29,922 nt of DNA from a virus (taxonomy: Duplodnaviria > Caudoviricetes). This document shows, one piece after another, positions 8,297 to 17,100 of this stretch. The DNA is taken from positions 1 through 29,922 of IMG/VR virus record IMGVR_UViG_3300036713_000003. The stretch is one strand, 5' to 3'. The notes beneath the pieces were generated by a model. The model worked only from the letters and a program-made list of their open reading frames with translations, was not told where the DNA came from and did not search any database. The stretch's first letter is position 1, and every line of letters starts with the position of its first letter. The translations under genes were made by a program, and so were the position numbers.

Positions 8297-8352
8297 AGGA
8301 GGGTAGGCATAATGCCATAATAATTATTAAATGTTTTTATACTCTCCTTTAT
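8293..8352 (+). other. intergenic RNA stem-loop with a large structured loop
   Basis: 13-bp stem ATAAAGGAGGGTA (8293-8305) / TACTCTCCTTTAT (8340-8352) with one G-U pair on +; 34-nt loop containing GGCATAATGCC. Confidence 0.55.
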
Positions 8353-8368
8353 TTTAAAACAAAAAACT

Positions 8369-8605
8369 ATGTTAATATATCAATGTAATAAATGTGAAAT
8401 AAAAAAAGAATTTAGTAAAGTCGTTATGAAAGTTATAGATGGCAAGGTTGTTAATGTGGGAACTGAGTGTCCTAAGTGTGGAGAGTATATGCAAGAAGTA
8501 GAAAAAGAGTTTAACGGCTTTCCTCAATTACGCAGAACAGAACCATCATTAAGTAAAAGGAGAGATAGAATGTGGAAAGACACTAAAGCTAAACTAACAA
8601 GCTAA
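8369..8605 (+). CDS. zinc-ribbon (FmdB-like) protein
   Basis: YQCNKC...CPKCG. Confidence 0.7.
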   Translation: MLIYQCNKCEIKKEFSKVVMKVIDGKVVNVGTECPKCGEYMQEVEKEFNGFPQLRRTEPSLSKRRDRMWKDTKAKLTS

Positions 8606-8988
8606 TGAAGTTTGTAATACACGATAACAAAGACAAGATGCAATTAGTAAACTATTTAAAAGATATGGAAAGTCCTTACACAGTAGATGTAAAGAAACAT
8701 AGAAACACAAGGTCTAACGTACAGAACAATTACTACTGGAAGTGTATAGTACAAGTATTAGCACAAGAGTTAGGTTACTTTAATGATGAGATGCACGATA
8801 TTCTCCGTGCTAAGTTTTTAAACGAGTGGGAGATGATAGAGATAAACGATAAGAAGATAGGACTAAATAAGATAGTAAGTACAACATCTCTAAACACTAA
8901 AGCATTTGAAGTATATGCAGACCAAATAAGAATATGGGCTTTGTCTGATCTAGGGATAAGACTAATGCTACCAAATGAATATCAATAA
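8605..8988 (+). CDS. NinB/Orf-like recombination protein
   Basis: RSNVQNNYYW, HDILRAKFL, STTSLNTKAFEVYADQIRIWA. Confidence 0.7.
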   Translation: MKFVIHDNKDKMQLVNYLKDMESPYTVDVKKHRNTRSNVQNNYYWKCIVQVLAQELGYFNDEMHDILRAKFLNEWEMIEINDKKIGLNKIVSTTSLNTKAFEVYADQIRIWALSDLGIRLMLPNEYQ

Positions 8989-9001
8989 TTTCTATTATAT
9001 A
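8972..9001 (+). promoter_or_regulatory. late promoter candidate 1 (terminase operon)
   Basis: CAAAT-N14-TCTATTATATA. Confidence 0.7.
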
Positions 9002-9033
9002 AAAGAATCAGTTAACTAAATTAAACTAATTAT

Positions 9034-9306
9034 ATGGATGGCAGAATAAACAATAAAGGTACAAAAGGAAACAAGGGTGGTAGACCATCTAAAGCAGAAG
9101 AACAAAAGCTAATAGAAAACCTTACACCTATGAACGCAGATGCTTTGAAGTCTTTACAAATAGGTCTAAAGAATAAAGAACAATGGGCAGTTAAATTATT
9201 CTTTGAATACTTTTATGGTAAACCACAGCAGAGAGTTGATGTTACGAGTAATAGCGAAACACTAAACATACCTATAATAAACTTTGTTGAATCCGAAACT
9301 GAATAA
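9034..9306 (+). CDS. terminase small subunit, putative
   Basis: GNKGGRPS N-terminus and YFYGKPQQRVDVT; immediately precedes TerL. Confidence 0.65.
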   Translation: MDGRINNKGTKGNKGGRPSKAEEQKLIENLTPMNADALKSLQIGLKNKEQWAVKLFFEYFYGKPQQRVDVTSNSETLNIPIINFVESETE

Positions 9307-10495
9307 AAAGTATAGTGCATTATTTTCATCTAACTGTAGATACTATATAATTACAGGTGGTAGAGGATCAGGTAAGTCCTATGCAGTTACAGTATTTCTA
9401 ACATTACTTACAATGACACAAGGTATAAGAGTGTTGTTTACAAGATACACTATGGTATCTGCTCACTTATCTATTATACCAGAGTTCTTAGAAAAGATAG
9501 GACTATTAGGATTTGATTCTATATTTAGCATTAATAAGTCAGAGGTAGTCAATACATCAACAAAGAGTGATATACTATTTAGAGGTATCAAGACATCATC
9601 AGGAAACCAAACTGCTTCTCTTAAATCATTACAAGGCATATCGTGTTGGGTACTTGATGAAGCAGAAGAACTTGTAGATGAGAATATATTTGATACTATA
9701 GATTTAAGTATAAGACAGAAAAGCATACAGAACAGAATTATCTTAGTCTTAAATCCAGTAACTAAAGAACATTGGATATATAAACGATTCTTTGAGGAGA
9801 GAGGGGTTAGGGATGGTTTTAATGGCATTAAAGACAATGTCTGCTATATACACTCCACATACTTAGATAATAAAGCTAATCTATCTAAAAGTTTCTTAGA
9901 AAGAATATATAGACTAAAAGACATTAACTTTAAAAAGTATCAGCATAAGATTCTAGGTGGTTGGTTAGATAAAGCAGAGGGTGTAGTATTTGATAACTGG
10001 ACAATAGGAGAATTTAATCCTGATAACCTACAGACATCTTGTGGAATGGACTTTGGTTTTTCTGTTGATCCTGATAGTCTTACTGAGGTTGCTATAGACA
10101 AAAAGAAAATGAAGATATATATTAAAGAACATATATATAGTAATGGTTTAAAATCTCACGAGTTAGCTAAGATAGTATTAGCAAAGGTAGAGAATAAACT
10201 AATTATAGCAGATAGTGCAGAACCTAGACTAATAGAAGATTTAAGACATTTAGGGGTTAATATAAAACCAGTAAAAAAAGGAACTATAGAAAGTGGTGTA
10301 ACTCGTATGCAAGATTATCAGTTAGTAGTTACTTCTGAATCAACAAATATAATTAAAGAGTTAAACAACTATGTCTATGCAGATAAAGGAAGCAAGTTAT
10401 ATGTTGATAGTTATAACCACGCAATAGATGGTATTAGGTATAACGTAATATATCACTTAGACAATCCAAATGCAGGTAGGTATTTTGTACAATAA
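9284..10495 (+). CDS. terL: terminase large subunit (PBSX-like)
   Basis: Walker A GGRGSGKS, Walker B VLDEAEE, LNP motif, and nuclease motifs GMDFG..DP, ADSAEP, NHAIDGIRY. Confidence 0.95.
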   Translation: MLNPKLNKKYSALFSSNCRYYIITGGRGSGKSYAVTVFLTLLTMTQGIRVLFTRYTMVSAHLSIIPEFLEKIGLLGFDSIFSINKSEVVNTSTKSDILFRGIKTSSGNQTASLKSLQGISCWVLDEAEELVDENIFDTIDLSIRQKSIQNRIILVLNPVTKEHWIYKRFFEERGVRDGFNGIKDNVCYIHSTYLDNKANLSKSFLERIYRLKDINFKKYQHKILGGWLDKAEGVVFDNWTIGEFNPDNLQTSCGMDFGFSVDPDSLTEVAIDKKKMKIYIKEHIYSNGLKSHELAKIVLAKVENKLIIADSAEPRLIEDLRHLGVNIKPVKKGTIESGVTRMQDYQLVVTSESTNIIKELNNYVYADKGSKLYVDSYNHAIDGIRYNVIYHLDNPNAGRYFVQ

Positions 10496-10527
10496 GAAAA
10501 GGTGCAATCCCTAAGAATTACACCTTT
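10493..10527 (-). terminator. intrinsic terminator, better formed on the minus strand
   Basis: Stem 10498-10508 / 10517-10527 has a C.A mismatch on + that is a G-U pair on -; the U-rich tail (UUUUCUU) is on -. Confidence 0.6.
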
Positions 10528-10553
10528 AACTAAACAAAAACTAATTGAAAACT
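10493..10553 (-). ncRNA. candidate ~60-nt small RNA
   Basis: Bounded by the minus-strand promoter at 10557-10585 and the minus-strand terminator; contains no ORF. Confidence 0.45.
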
Positions 10554-10556
10554 CGA

Positions 10557-10585
10557 CAAATGTACGATTTTAAACTAAATAACAA
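10557..10585 (-). promoter_or_regulatory. host-type sigma70 promoter on the minus strand
   Basis: Reverse complement reads TTG (10585-10583)-N18-TACATTTG (10564-10557). Confidence 0.55.
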
Positions 10586-10601
10586 TAAATTCTATTATAT
10601 A
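10571..10601 (+). promoter_or_regulatory. late promoter candidate 2 (tail operon)
   Basis: TAAAC-N15-TCTATTATATA, ending 2 nt before ATG 10604. Confidence 0.65.
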
Positions 10602-10603
10602 TT

Positions 10604-11248
10604 ATGCAGGTAAACATTAAGAAAGATGGTAAGCAAAACACTTACAATCTAATTAACAGTTGGGATGATGTAACACTTGACAAATGGGCTAAACTTATAG
10701 ATAGTAAAAGTAAGTCAAAGACCAAAGAAGCATTAGATACAATTAGCTTGTTATCTGATATACCTAGAAAACTCGTAAAAGAGTTGAGTATAAATGATGT
10801 GTCTAATATCTTAAACAGAGTAGCTGCGTTGCAGAACAAAGCTAGTAGTAGGTTAAAAAGAATAATAAAGGTAGATGATGTAGAGTACGGCTTTCATCCT
10901 GATCTATCAGAAATTACTCTTGGAGAATATGCAGATATTGAAACCTACATACAAAATGGAATGGAAAAGAACTTAGCTAAGTTAATGGCAGTTCTTTACA
11001 GACCAGTGGTAGAGAAGAATGGTAAATACTATTCTATTGAGAAATATAATGGTAGTGGTGTACGTATGAGGTCGGAGAAGTTTAAGAAGATGAAAGCAGC
11101 AGATGTAAATAGTTCATTGGTTTTTTTTTGGACTTTAGGCAACGAACTATCGACAATTTTGCCGTTGTATTTGATGGAACGGATGGAGGAAGTGAAACAA
11201 TCACTACTGATGAAAAGTTCGCAACAAAATGGAGTTGGTTTGGAGTAA
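10604..11248 (+). CDS. tail assembly chaperone (lambda G-like), putative
   Basis: YGFHPDLSEITLGEYADIE and LMAVLYRP motifs; contains a T9 slippery site overlapping a downstream -1 frame ORF. Confidence 0.6.
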   Translation: MQVNIKKDGKQNTYNLINSWDDVTLDKWAKLIDSKSKSKTKEALDTISLLSDIPRKLVKELSINDVSNILNRVAALQNKASSRLKRIIKVDDVEYGFHPDLSEITLGEYADIETYIQNGMEKNLAKLMAVLYRPVVEKNGKYYSIEKYNGSGVRMRSEKFKKMKAADVNSSLVFFWTLGNELSTILPLYLMERMEEVKQSLLMKSSQQNGVGLE

Positions 11249-11373
11249 TGTATAATTTGACAGGAGGTAGTATAGTAAACTTAGAGAGAATAACTAAATT
11301 AAGTTTATATGAATGTTTAACTTGGCTAACTTATGAAGTTGATTTAAACGAAACAAAAAAGGTTAAAAGATGA
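11128..11373 (+). CDS. -1 frameshift extension of the tail chaperone (lambda T-like)
   Basis: The frame is -1 relative to 10604 and its TTG 'start' lies inside the GGTTTTTTTTTG run; KWSWFGVMYNL...CLTWLTYE. Confidence 0.65.
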   Translation: MDFRQRTIDNFAVVFDGTDGGSETITTDEKFATKWSWFGVMYNLTGGSIVNLERITKLSLYECLTWLTYEVDLNETKKVKR

Positions 11374-11864
11374 CACATTTTAAGAATTACAATAATACAA
11401 TAGATACCTTAAAACAATTAGGTGCTAATCAGTTTCAAATACAAACTGTAACTACTGGAGACATATACGAGATAGACTTAGAGAAGAATACCTTATATCC
11501 TTTAATGCATATTAATCCAGTTAATGCAGTAGCACAGAATAATCAAATGACTTTAAACTTTCAAGTCTTTATTATGGACTTAGTATTTCCTGATGAAAGT
11601 AATGAACAAGAAGTTCTGTCTGATTGTCTTAGTATTTGTAATGACTTAATAGGTACATTAAAAAACGGAGAGAGTTTATACTTGTCTAACGCAGATCAAG
11701 GAGAAAGTCCTGCTTACTTTACAGAGGGAGATATAACAATAGAACCATTTACAGAGCGATTTGATAACTCAGTAAGTGGGTGGGTGTTTACATTACCAAT
11801 AGTAATAGAGAACGACTACAACACTTGTATAGCACCACAACTAACAACATACGCAGGTAAATAA
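11370..11864 (+). CDS. tail terminator/completion-like protein
   Basis: YPLMHINP, FQVFIMD, EPFTERFDNSVSGW; size and position fit. Confidence 0.5.
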   Translation: MTHFKNYNNTIDTLKQLGANQFQIQTVTTGDIYEIDLEKNTLYPLMHINPVNAVAQNNQMTLNFQVFIMDLVFPDESNEQEVLSDCLSICNDLIGTLKNGESLYLSNADQGESPAYFTEGDITIEPFTERFDNSVSGWVFTLPIVIENDYNTCIAPQLTTYAGK

Positions 11865-11932
11865 TGTTTAAAATAAAAATAGGAAAATTAACAATACAAC
11901 TAATACCACCAAAAATAACTTATAAATTATAA
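11864..11932 (+). CDS. 22-aa micro-ORF MFKIKIGKLTIQLIPPKITYKL
   Basis: TAATG-coupled start; stop is 2 nt before the next ATG; fills the gap exactly. Confidence 0.5.
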   Translation: MFKIKIGKLTIQLIPPKITYKL

Positions 11933-11934
11933 TT

Positions 11935-12378
11935 ATGGCAGATTTAACAACAACCTTATCTGAATCAGTAACACTAAATGGTGCAGTCAGAGGTACAACA
12001 AACACAGTAACAACTACAGGTATCAATAATGTTTATGAACGTATAGTAACTTGTACTACAGGACAAACTACACACATAGCAGCTTTTGACACTAACTCTT
12101 ATGGATCAGCAGTTCAGATAGACAAAGAAGATGTTAGATACATTAGAGTAACTAATTTAGATGCTACTGACAGTTTAGAATTAGCAGTAGTTGGTGCAGC
12201 TACTTTATATCAAGTATTAATAAAAGCAGGTCAATCACACATACTATGTGCAGCAGAAGATGTTATGTTAGCAGAAGCTGATACATCTCCTAGCTTTGGT
12301 ACTATGGCTGACTTAACTAGCTTACAGGTTAGTCCTGCTGCTACTTTAGATGTAGAGATATTTGTAGCTAGTGTATAA
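11935..12378 (+). CDS. hypothetical virion structural protein
   Basis: 147 aa, Thr/Ala-rich and beta-rich, within the tail operon. Confidence 0.65.
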   Translation: MADLTTTLSESVTLNGAVRGTTNTVTTTGINNVYERIVTCTTGQTTHIAAFDTNSYGSAVQIDKEDVRYIRVTNLDATDSLELAVVGAATLYQVLIKAGQSHILCAAEDVMLAEADTSPSFGTMADLTSLQVSPAATLDVEIFVASV

Positions 12379-12899
12379 TGATAGCATTAGAACGATACTT
12401 AAATAGTTTCGGTAAAAGTGTTGTCAATAAAGCTAAAGGAATACTAAAAAGAAAGAAAAAGGTAGTATCAGGTAAACTTCTTAATAGTATATCTTACAAA
12501 CTTAAAAAAGACAATGATGGATTGACTGTTCAGTTTATGATGGTTGATTATGGTACGTTTGTAGATAAGGGAGTTTCAGGTACTAAGCAAAAAAGAACGT
12601 ATGTAGATTATAAGGGTAAAAGAAAAGATACACCTTATGAGTTTGGTAAGACAAAAGATGGAGGTTTAACAAGAGGTTTAGATAATTGGATAGTACGCAG
12701 AGGTATAGCACCTAGAGATGCAAAAAGTAGGTTTATATCTCGTAAAAGTTTAAAGTTCTTAATAGCTAGAAAAATATATACACAAGGAATACAAGGTATT
12801 AGTTTCTTTCAAAAACCTTTACAAATAGGAATGAGAGATTTTTACAATCAAGTAGGTAAGGCAATAAAAGAAGATATAGAAAACATAATAACAACATAA
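12378..12899 (+). CDS. basic tail-completion/neck protein (HK97 gp10-like)
   Basis: SGKLLNSISY, YGTFVDKGV.G, FLIARKI...GI....FF. Confidence 0.55.
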   Translation: MIALERYLNSFGKSVVNKAKGILKRKKKVVSGKLLNSISYKLKKDNDGLTVQFMMVDYGTFVDKGVSGTKQKRTYVDYKGKRKDTPYEFGKTKDGGLTRGLDNWIVRRGIAPRDAKSRFISRKSLKFLIARKIYTQGIQGISFFQKPLQIGMRDFYNQVGKAIKEDIENIITT

Positions 12900-14332
12900 T
12901 GGCAATATTAATAGATCAAAAACCACTATACAAGACACTACCAGTAGGTCAAGATATAGTATTCTCAGTATCAGAAAGTACAATAGTTGCAAATAATTAT
13001 AATGTAAAATTTGTAGCTTATGTATATGTAAGTAATAGTCTTGCAACCTTAAATACTGCAAATAGAGTAGCAGTATTAAAAACAACTCCTAACAATGCAG
13101 GGGTTGGTATATTCTCTTTACAACCAGTATTAGAGAGTTATGTAAAAGCTGATAATAATGGTACTGATTTTTTAAATGGTAGTACATACAAGACAGTTAC
13201 TTATTCTAATACAACTCCACATCCAATTCACTTAATAGATAAATATGCAACCTCTGATAATTCTGTTAAATATTTTATGGTAGAGTTTTTTTTAGAATAC
13301 TCTCCAACTATTGATGGTGTTGTAACTATAGATGTAAGTACTTATGTATTGTCAGAAATTTATTTATTTTACAATGGATATTTAAATTATGATGATGTAT
13401 TAAATCAAGTAGGTAATGACTATGGCTATCCTTTATCTGATTTAAACTATGTTATGGATGCTGATAACGCATATTTTTTAAGTAATGCACCAACTACACA
13501 ATATGCACGATTAACTGATTATGGTACACTACCTTTCTTTAATTTTTTATCTGATTCAGATTATTCTTTTCAAACTGGTTCTGATACTTCTACAATAAAT
13601 AAAGTACATTACTTTTCTATAAAACTATATGATAGTTCTGATACACAGTTAGTAGGTATAACTTCTCTTGTTAATTTTACTAATGGTTCTGCTACTACTT
13701 CTAATCAATATGCAAATTGTAGATTAAATTACTTTGGTGCTTTTCCTGCTAACTTAGATGGTTGGAGTTCACAATGGGATGCACACAAAGCTAATACAAG
13801 TTATTACACTATACAAGCATTTGATGATGACAATCAAATTATAAGTCAATTATATACAATAAATATTATAACAGATGACTGTAAAGGTTTTGAGGGTATT
13901 AGATTGACTTGGCTAAATCCTTATGGAGTTTGGGATTACTATACATTTACTAAGAAGTCAGTAAGGTCATTACAAACTAACAGAACTTCTTATACACAAC
14001 TGGGAGGTACTTGGAATGAAAGCACATATAAGATAAATGGCTTTAGTGGTGGTAAGAAAAATTTTAGAGTAAACTCAAAAGAACTAATAACAGTAAATAC
14101 AGATTATTTAGTAGATGCAGATGCTATTTGGTTTGAGGACTTAATAAATAGTCCTGAAGTTTATATGCTAAATGGTTTTTCATCAGATGCTAATGGTATG
14201 GTAAATAAATACGTTGAACCAGTTACTGTTGCAACATCAAGCTATACAAGAAAAACAAAGGCTAACGATAAACTAATACAATATACATTTGAATTAGAAA
14301 AGAGTAAGAATAAAAGAATACAATCTGCATAA
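12899..14332 (+). CDS. minor tail / distal tail-like structural protein
   Basis: 477 aa; C-terminal WLNPYGVWDYYTF...INSPEVY...IQYTFE pattern of Bacteroidetes phage tail proteins. Confidence 0.6.
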   Translation: MAILIDQKPLYKTLPVGQDIVFSVSESTIVANNYNVKFVAYVYVSNSLATLNTANRVAVLKTTPNNAGVGIFSLQPVLESYVKADNNGTDFLNGSTYKTVTYSNTTPHPIHLIDKYATSDNSVKYFMVEFFLEYSPTIDGVVTIDVSTYVLSEIYLFYNGYLNYDDVLNQVGNDYGYPLSDLNYVMDADNAYFLSNAPTTQYARLTDYGTLPFFNFLSDSDYSFQTGSDTSTINKVHYFSIKLYDSSDTQLVGITSLVNFTNGSATTSNQYANCRLNYFGAFPANLDGWSSQWDAHKANTSYYTIQAFDDDNQIISQLYTINIITDDCKGFEGIRLTWLNPYGVWDYYTFTKKSVRSLQTNRTSYTQLGGTWNESTYKINGFSGGKKNFRVNSKELITVNTDYLVDADAIWFEDLINSPEVYMLNGFSSDANGMVNKYVEPVTVATSSYTRKTKANDKLIQYTFELEKSKNKRIQSA

Positions 14333-17100
14333 TGAGTGTACAACTAATATTATATCCACAAAACTATCAGGGTGTTTACGCATCTAACTCTAGTGTTATA
14401 AATACTAACTTAGTAGCAGATGGTGCTAGATTTAATACAATAGCAAATCATACTGGATATAGTTCTTCTGCTAATGATCCTGCTTTTGATGCAGTAACTA
14501 ATGATGCACCCACAAGTAATTGGAAAAAGTTTAGGTCGCAAGGTAGTGGTTCTTTTGCAGATGTAGACTATCCTATTGTTATATCAGGTTTTGCACCTAA
14601 ACTAAGATTTAGAGCAGCATCAGGAGGTGCTAATTCAAGTAGTGGTATATATCAAACAATAAACAACTTAGTAGTTGGTGCTACATATCAATTAAAATTT
14701 AGAGTAGTAAATGCAGCTACTGGAGGATTAATTATTATAGGTGCTAATGGTTATGGTAACAATTTAGGAGGAGGAGGAGTAACTGCTATATCAAGTACAG
14801 GTACTGGGTTTAAAACATTTGATTTTACGGCAGTAAACACATCAGAAGAACTTATAATGGATTACCAAAATGATGGTGCTGATGCTATTGATATTAGGAG
14901 AGTAACTATAAAAGGTGCAGGTGCTACACCACCATTAGTATTTACAGATTTAGCAGATGGACAAGTTATATGCGACTTATATGAAGATGAAGATATACCA
15001 TTAAGCTTATCTATTGATGATTTTAAAAATGTAGCTGAAAAAACACAGAGTTATAGTAAAGACTTTAACCTACCTGCTACTAAACGTAACAATAGAATAT
15101 TTACACAAATATTTGAAATAACTAATTCTGTAGAAAGTAATGCAGAATCATTTAATCCTTATGTGCAAACACAATGCGTACTTAAACAAGATGGTAATGT
15201 TATATTTAAAGGTTTTCTTAAATTAATTGATATTGTAAATAAAGAGGGAGAGATAAGCTATAATGTAAATTTATATTCTGAATCTATAATATTAGTAGAT
15301 GTATTACAAAATAGATTATTTAGAGATTTAGATTTTGATGAATTAACTCACGATTATAATAAAACAAATATAACAAATAGTTGGTATGATAGTACAGGTA
15401 TTACATTAGTAGAACCACTAGGACTAAGTTCTTTTGCTTATGATTCAGCATTAGGTGTAAATAATACAACAGTATTAAAATATCCTTTTGTAGATTGGAC
15501 TGGTAATTTAAGTGTAGATAATACAACAAACTATCCTATACTTAATAAATTAGAAGATGCTTTTAGACCTTTTATAAATTGTAAATATATATTAGATAAA
15601 ATATTTAATGATGCAGGATTTACCTACACATCTACTTTTTTAGATAGTTCTACATTTACTGATTTATTTATGGACTTTAACTGGGGTGCAGGAGATATGC
15701 CAGTAGAGGTTAATAGTAATGCAGTTGTAGGTAATTACAATAATACGACAGAACATTATGCAGGATCATCTTATACTAATTTAAAATTAACATTTCCAAC
15801 TACAAATTTAGCTTCTGTAAATTATGACACAAGCACAAACAAAATTACATCTGTAAATAATAATTCAGAATTTGTAATAGATTATGATTATGGAGTTGCA
15901 AATAGAAATGGACAACCAGTAGTTCAATTAAGATGGTTGCTTACAAGAACTGATGGTACAACAGAAGAAATAGATGAAACAAACCCTACAACACTAAATC
16001 CATTTGGTGTAGGAAATTATGCAGGACAATTTACTAGAACTTTAGATTCAGGAGATACTTTAGAAGCGCAGTTTAAATCATCTATAGCTAGTATGTTCTA
16101 TCAAGATTATGATATTTTAATATCGAGTACTGCTACAGTAAATATAACAAGAAACATAACTGCTGTAACAGAATCTACTTTATTAAATAATTTAAGAGGA
16201 GATTTAGGACAATGGGAATTTATTAAAGGGTTTATTAATATGTTTAATTTAATTATTAGACAAGATGAAACAAATCCTACTAATTTATTAATAGAAACTT
16301 ACGATACAGTATTTAACAATATAGACAAAGGATTAAGTCTGTCAGAAAGAAATATTGTAAATGATTGGACAAGTAAAATAGATGCTTCTGAAATAAAACT
16401 AACTCCTTTAGATTTAGCAAAAGAAACTATGTTTGATTACATAGAAGATGATAAAGATTTTGCAGCTAACTTATACAAAAACACTTTTGTAGAACCTTAT
16501 GGATCAAAAACATTTACTGCAAGAGGAAATACTATATTTGTAGAATCAGAGGAAGTAAGTGCTACTCCTTTTGCAGCTACTATTGTTAAACCTTTATTAG
16601 ATTACACACCTCAGTTTTTAACTCCTGCTATTTACTCATCAGATGGTGGTGTTTACCAAAGTTTTGACAATAAACCTAGAATACTATACAAAACATCTGC
16701 TAGTCCGTTTACAATGACTGATGGAACTTCTTATGAGATACCTCAACAAAATGGAGTGGTTGGTACTGGTGCAGAAACTAAGTATTTAAAGTTTAGTCAT
16801 ACAACAGATTTACCACCTTTATCTACATCATTAGATTTAAACTTTTCTCCTCATCTATTAATAGGTATTTCAGGAAATACTTTAAATAGTTTATATCAAC
16901 AGTATTGGTCTAATTATTTTGATGAGTTATATAACTTTGATACTAAAACAATGACAGTAAAAGTAAATCTTAACGCAGCAGATATTACACAATTTGATTT
17001 TAGAAATAAAGTAATGATACAAAACAGAGCATTTAGAGTAAATAAAATAGATTATAAACCAAACGACTTATCTACAGTTGAATTTATACTTATACCATAA
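14332..17100 (+). CDS. large tail tip / baseplate hub-like protein with an N-terminal carbohydrate-binding-like insert
   Basis: 922 aa; DLYEDEDIPL...YSKDFNLPAT..NN.IF core, EFIKGFINMFNL, C-terminal FRVNKIDY. Confidence 0.65.
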   Translation: MSVQLILYPQNYQGVYASNSSVINTNLVADGARFNTIANHTGYSSSANDPAFDAVTNDAPTSNWKKFRSQGSGSFADVDYPIVISGFAPKLRFRAASGGANSSSGIYQTINNLVVGATYQLKFRVVNAATGGLIIIGANGYGNNLGGGGVTAISSTGTGFKTFDFTAVNTSEELIMDYQNDGADAIDIRRVTIKGAGATPPLVFTDLADGQVICDLYEDEDIPLSLSIDDFKNVAEKTQSYSKDFNLPATKRNNRIFTQIFEITNSVESNAESFNPYVQTQCVLKQDGNVIFKGFLKLIDIVNKEGEISYNVNLYSESIILVDVLQNRLFRDLDFDELTHDYNKTNITNSWYDSTGITLVEPLGLSSFAYDSALGVNNTTVLKYPFVDWTGNLSVDNTTNYPILNKLEDAFRPFINCKYILDKIFNDAGFTYTSTFLDSSTFTDLFMDFNWGAGDMPVEVNSNAVVGNYNNTTEHYAGSSYTNLKLTFPTTNLASVNYDTSTNKITSVNNNSEFVIDYDYGVANRNGQPVVQLRWLLTRTDGTTEEIDETNPTTLNPFGVGNYAGQFTRTLDSGDTLEAQFKSSIASMFYQDYDILISSTATVNITRNITAVTESTLLNNLRGDLGQWEFIKGFINMFNLIIRQDETNPTNLLIETYDTVFNNIDKGLSLSERNIVNDWTSKIDASEIKLTPLDLAKETMFDYIEDDKDFAANLYKNTFVEPYGSKTFTARGNTIFVESEEVSATPFAATIVKPLLDYTPQFLTPAIYSSDGGVYQSFDNKPRILYKTSASPFTMTDGTSYEIPQQNGVVGTGAETKYLKFSHTTDLPPLSTSLDLNFSPHLLIGISGNTLNSLYQQYWSNYFDELYNFDTKTMTVKVNLNAADITQFDFRNKVMIQNRAFRVNKIDYKPNDLSTVEFILIP

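Noticed and set aside
9470-9479. TCTATTATAC as a sixth late promoter
   Set aside because: Incomplete match inside terL, without the upstream CAAAY at the fixed spacing.
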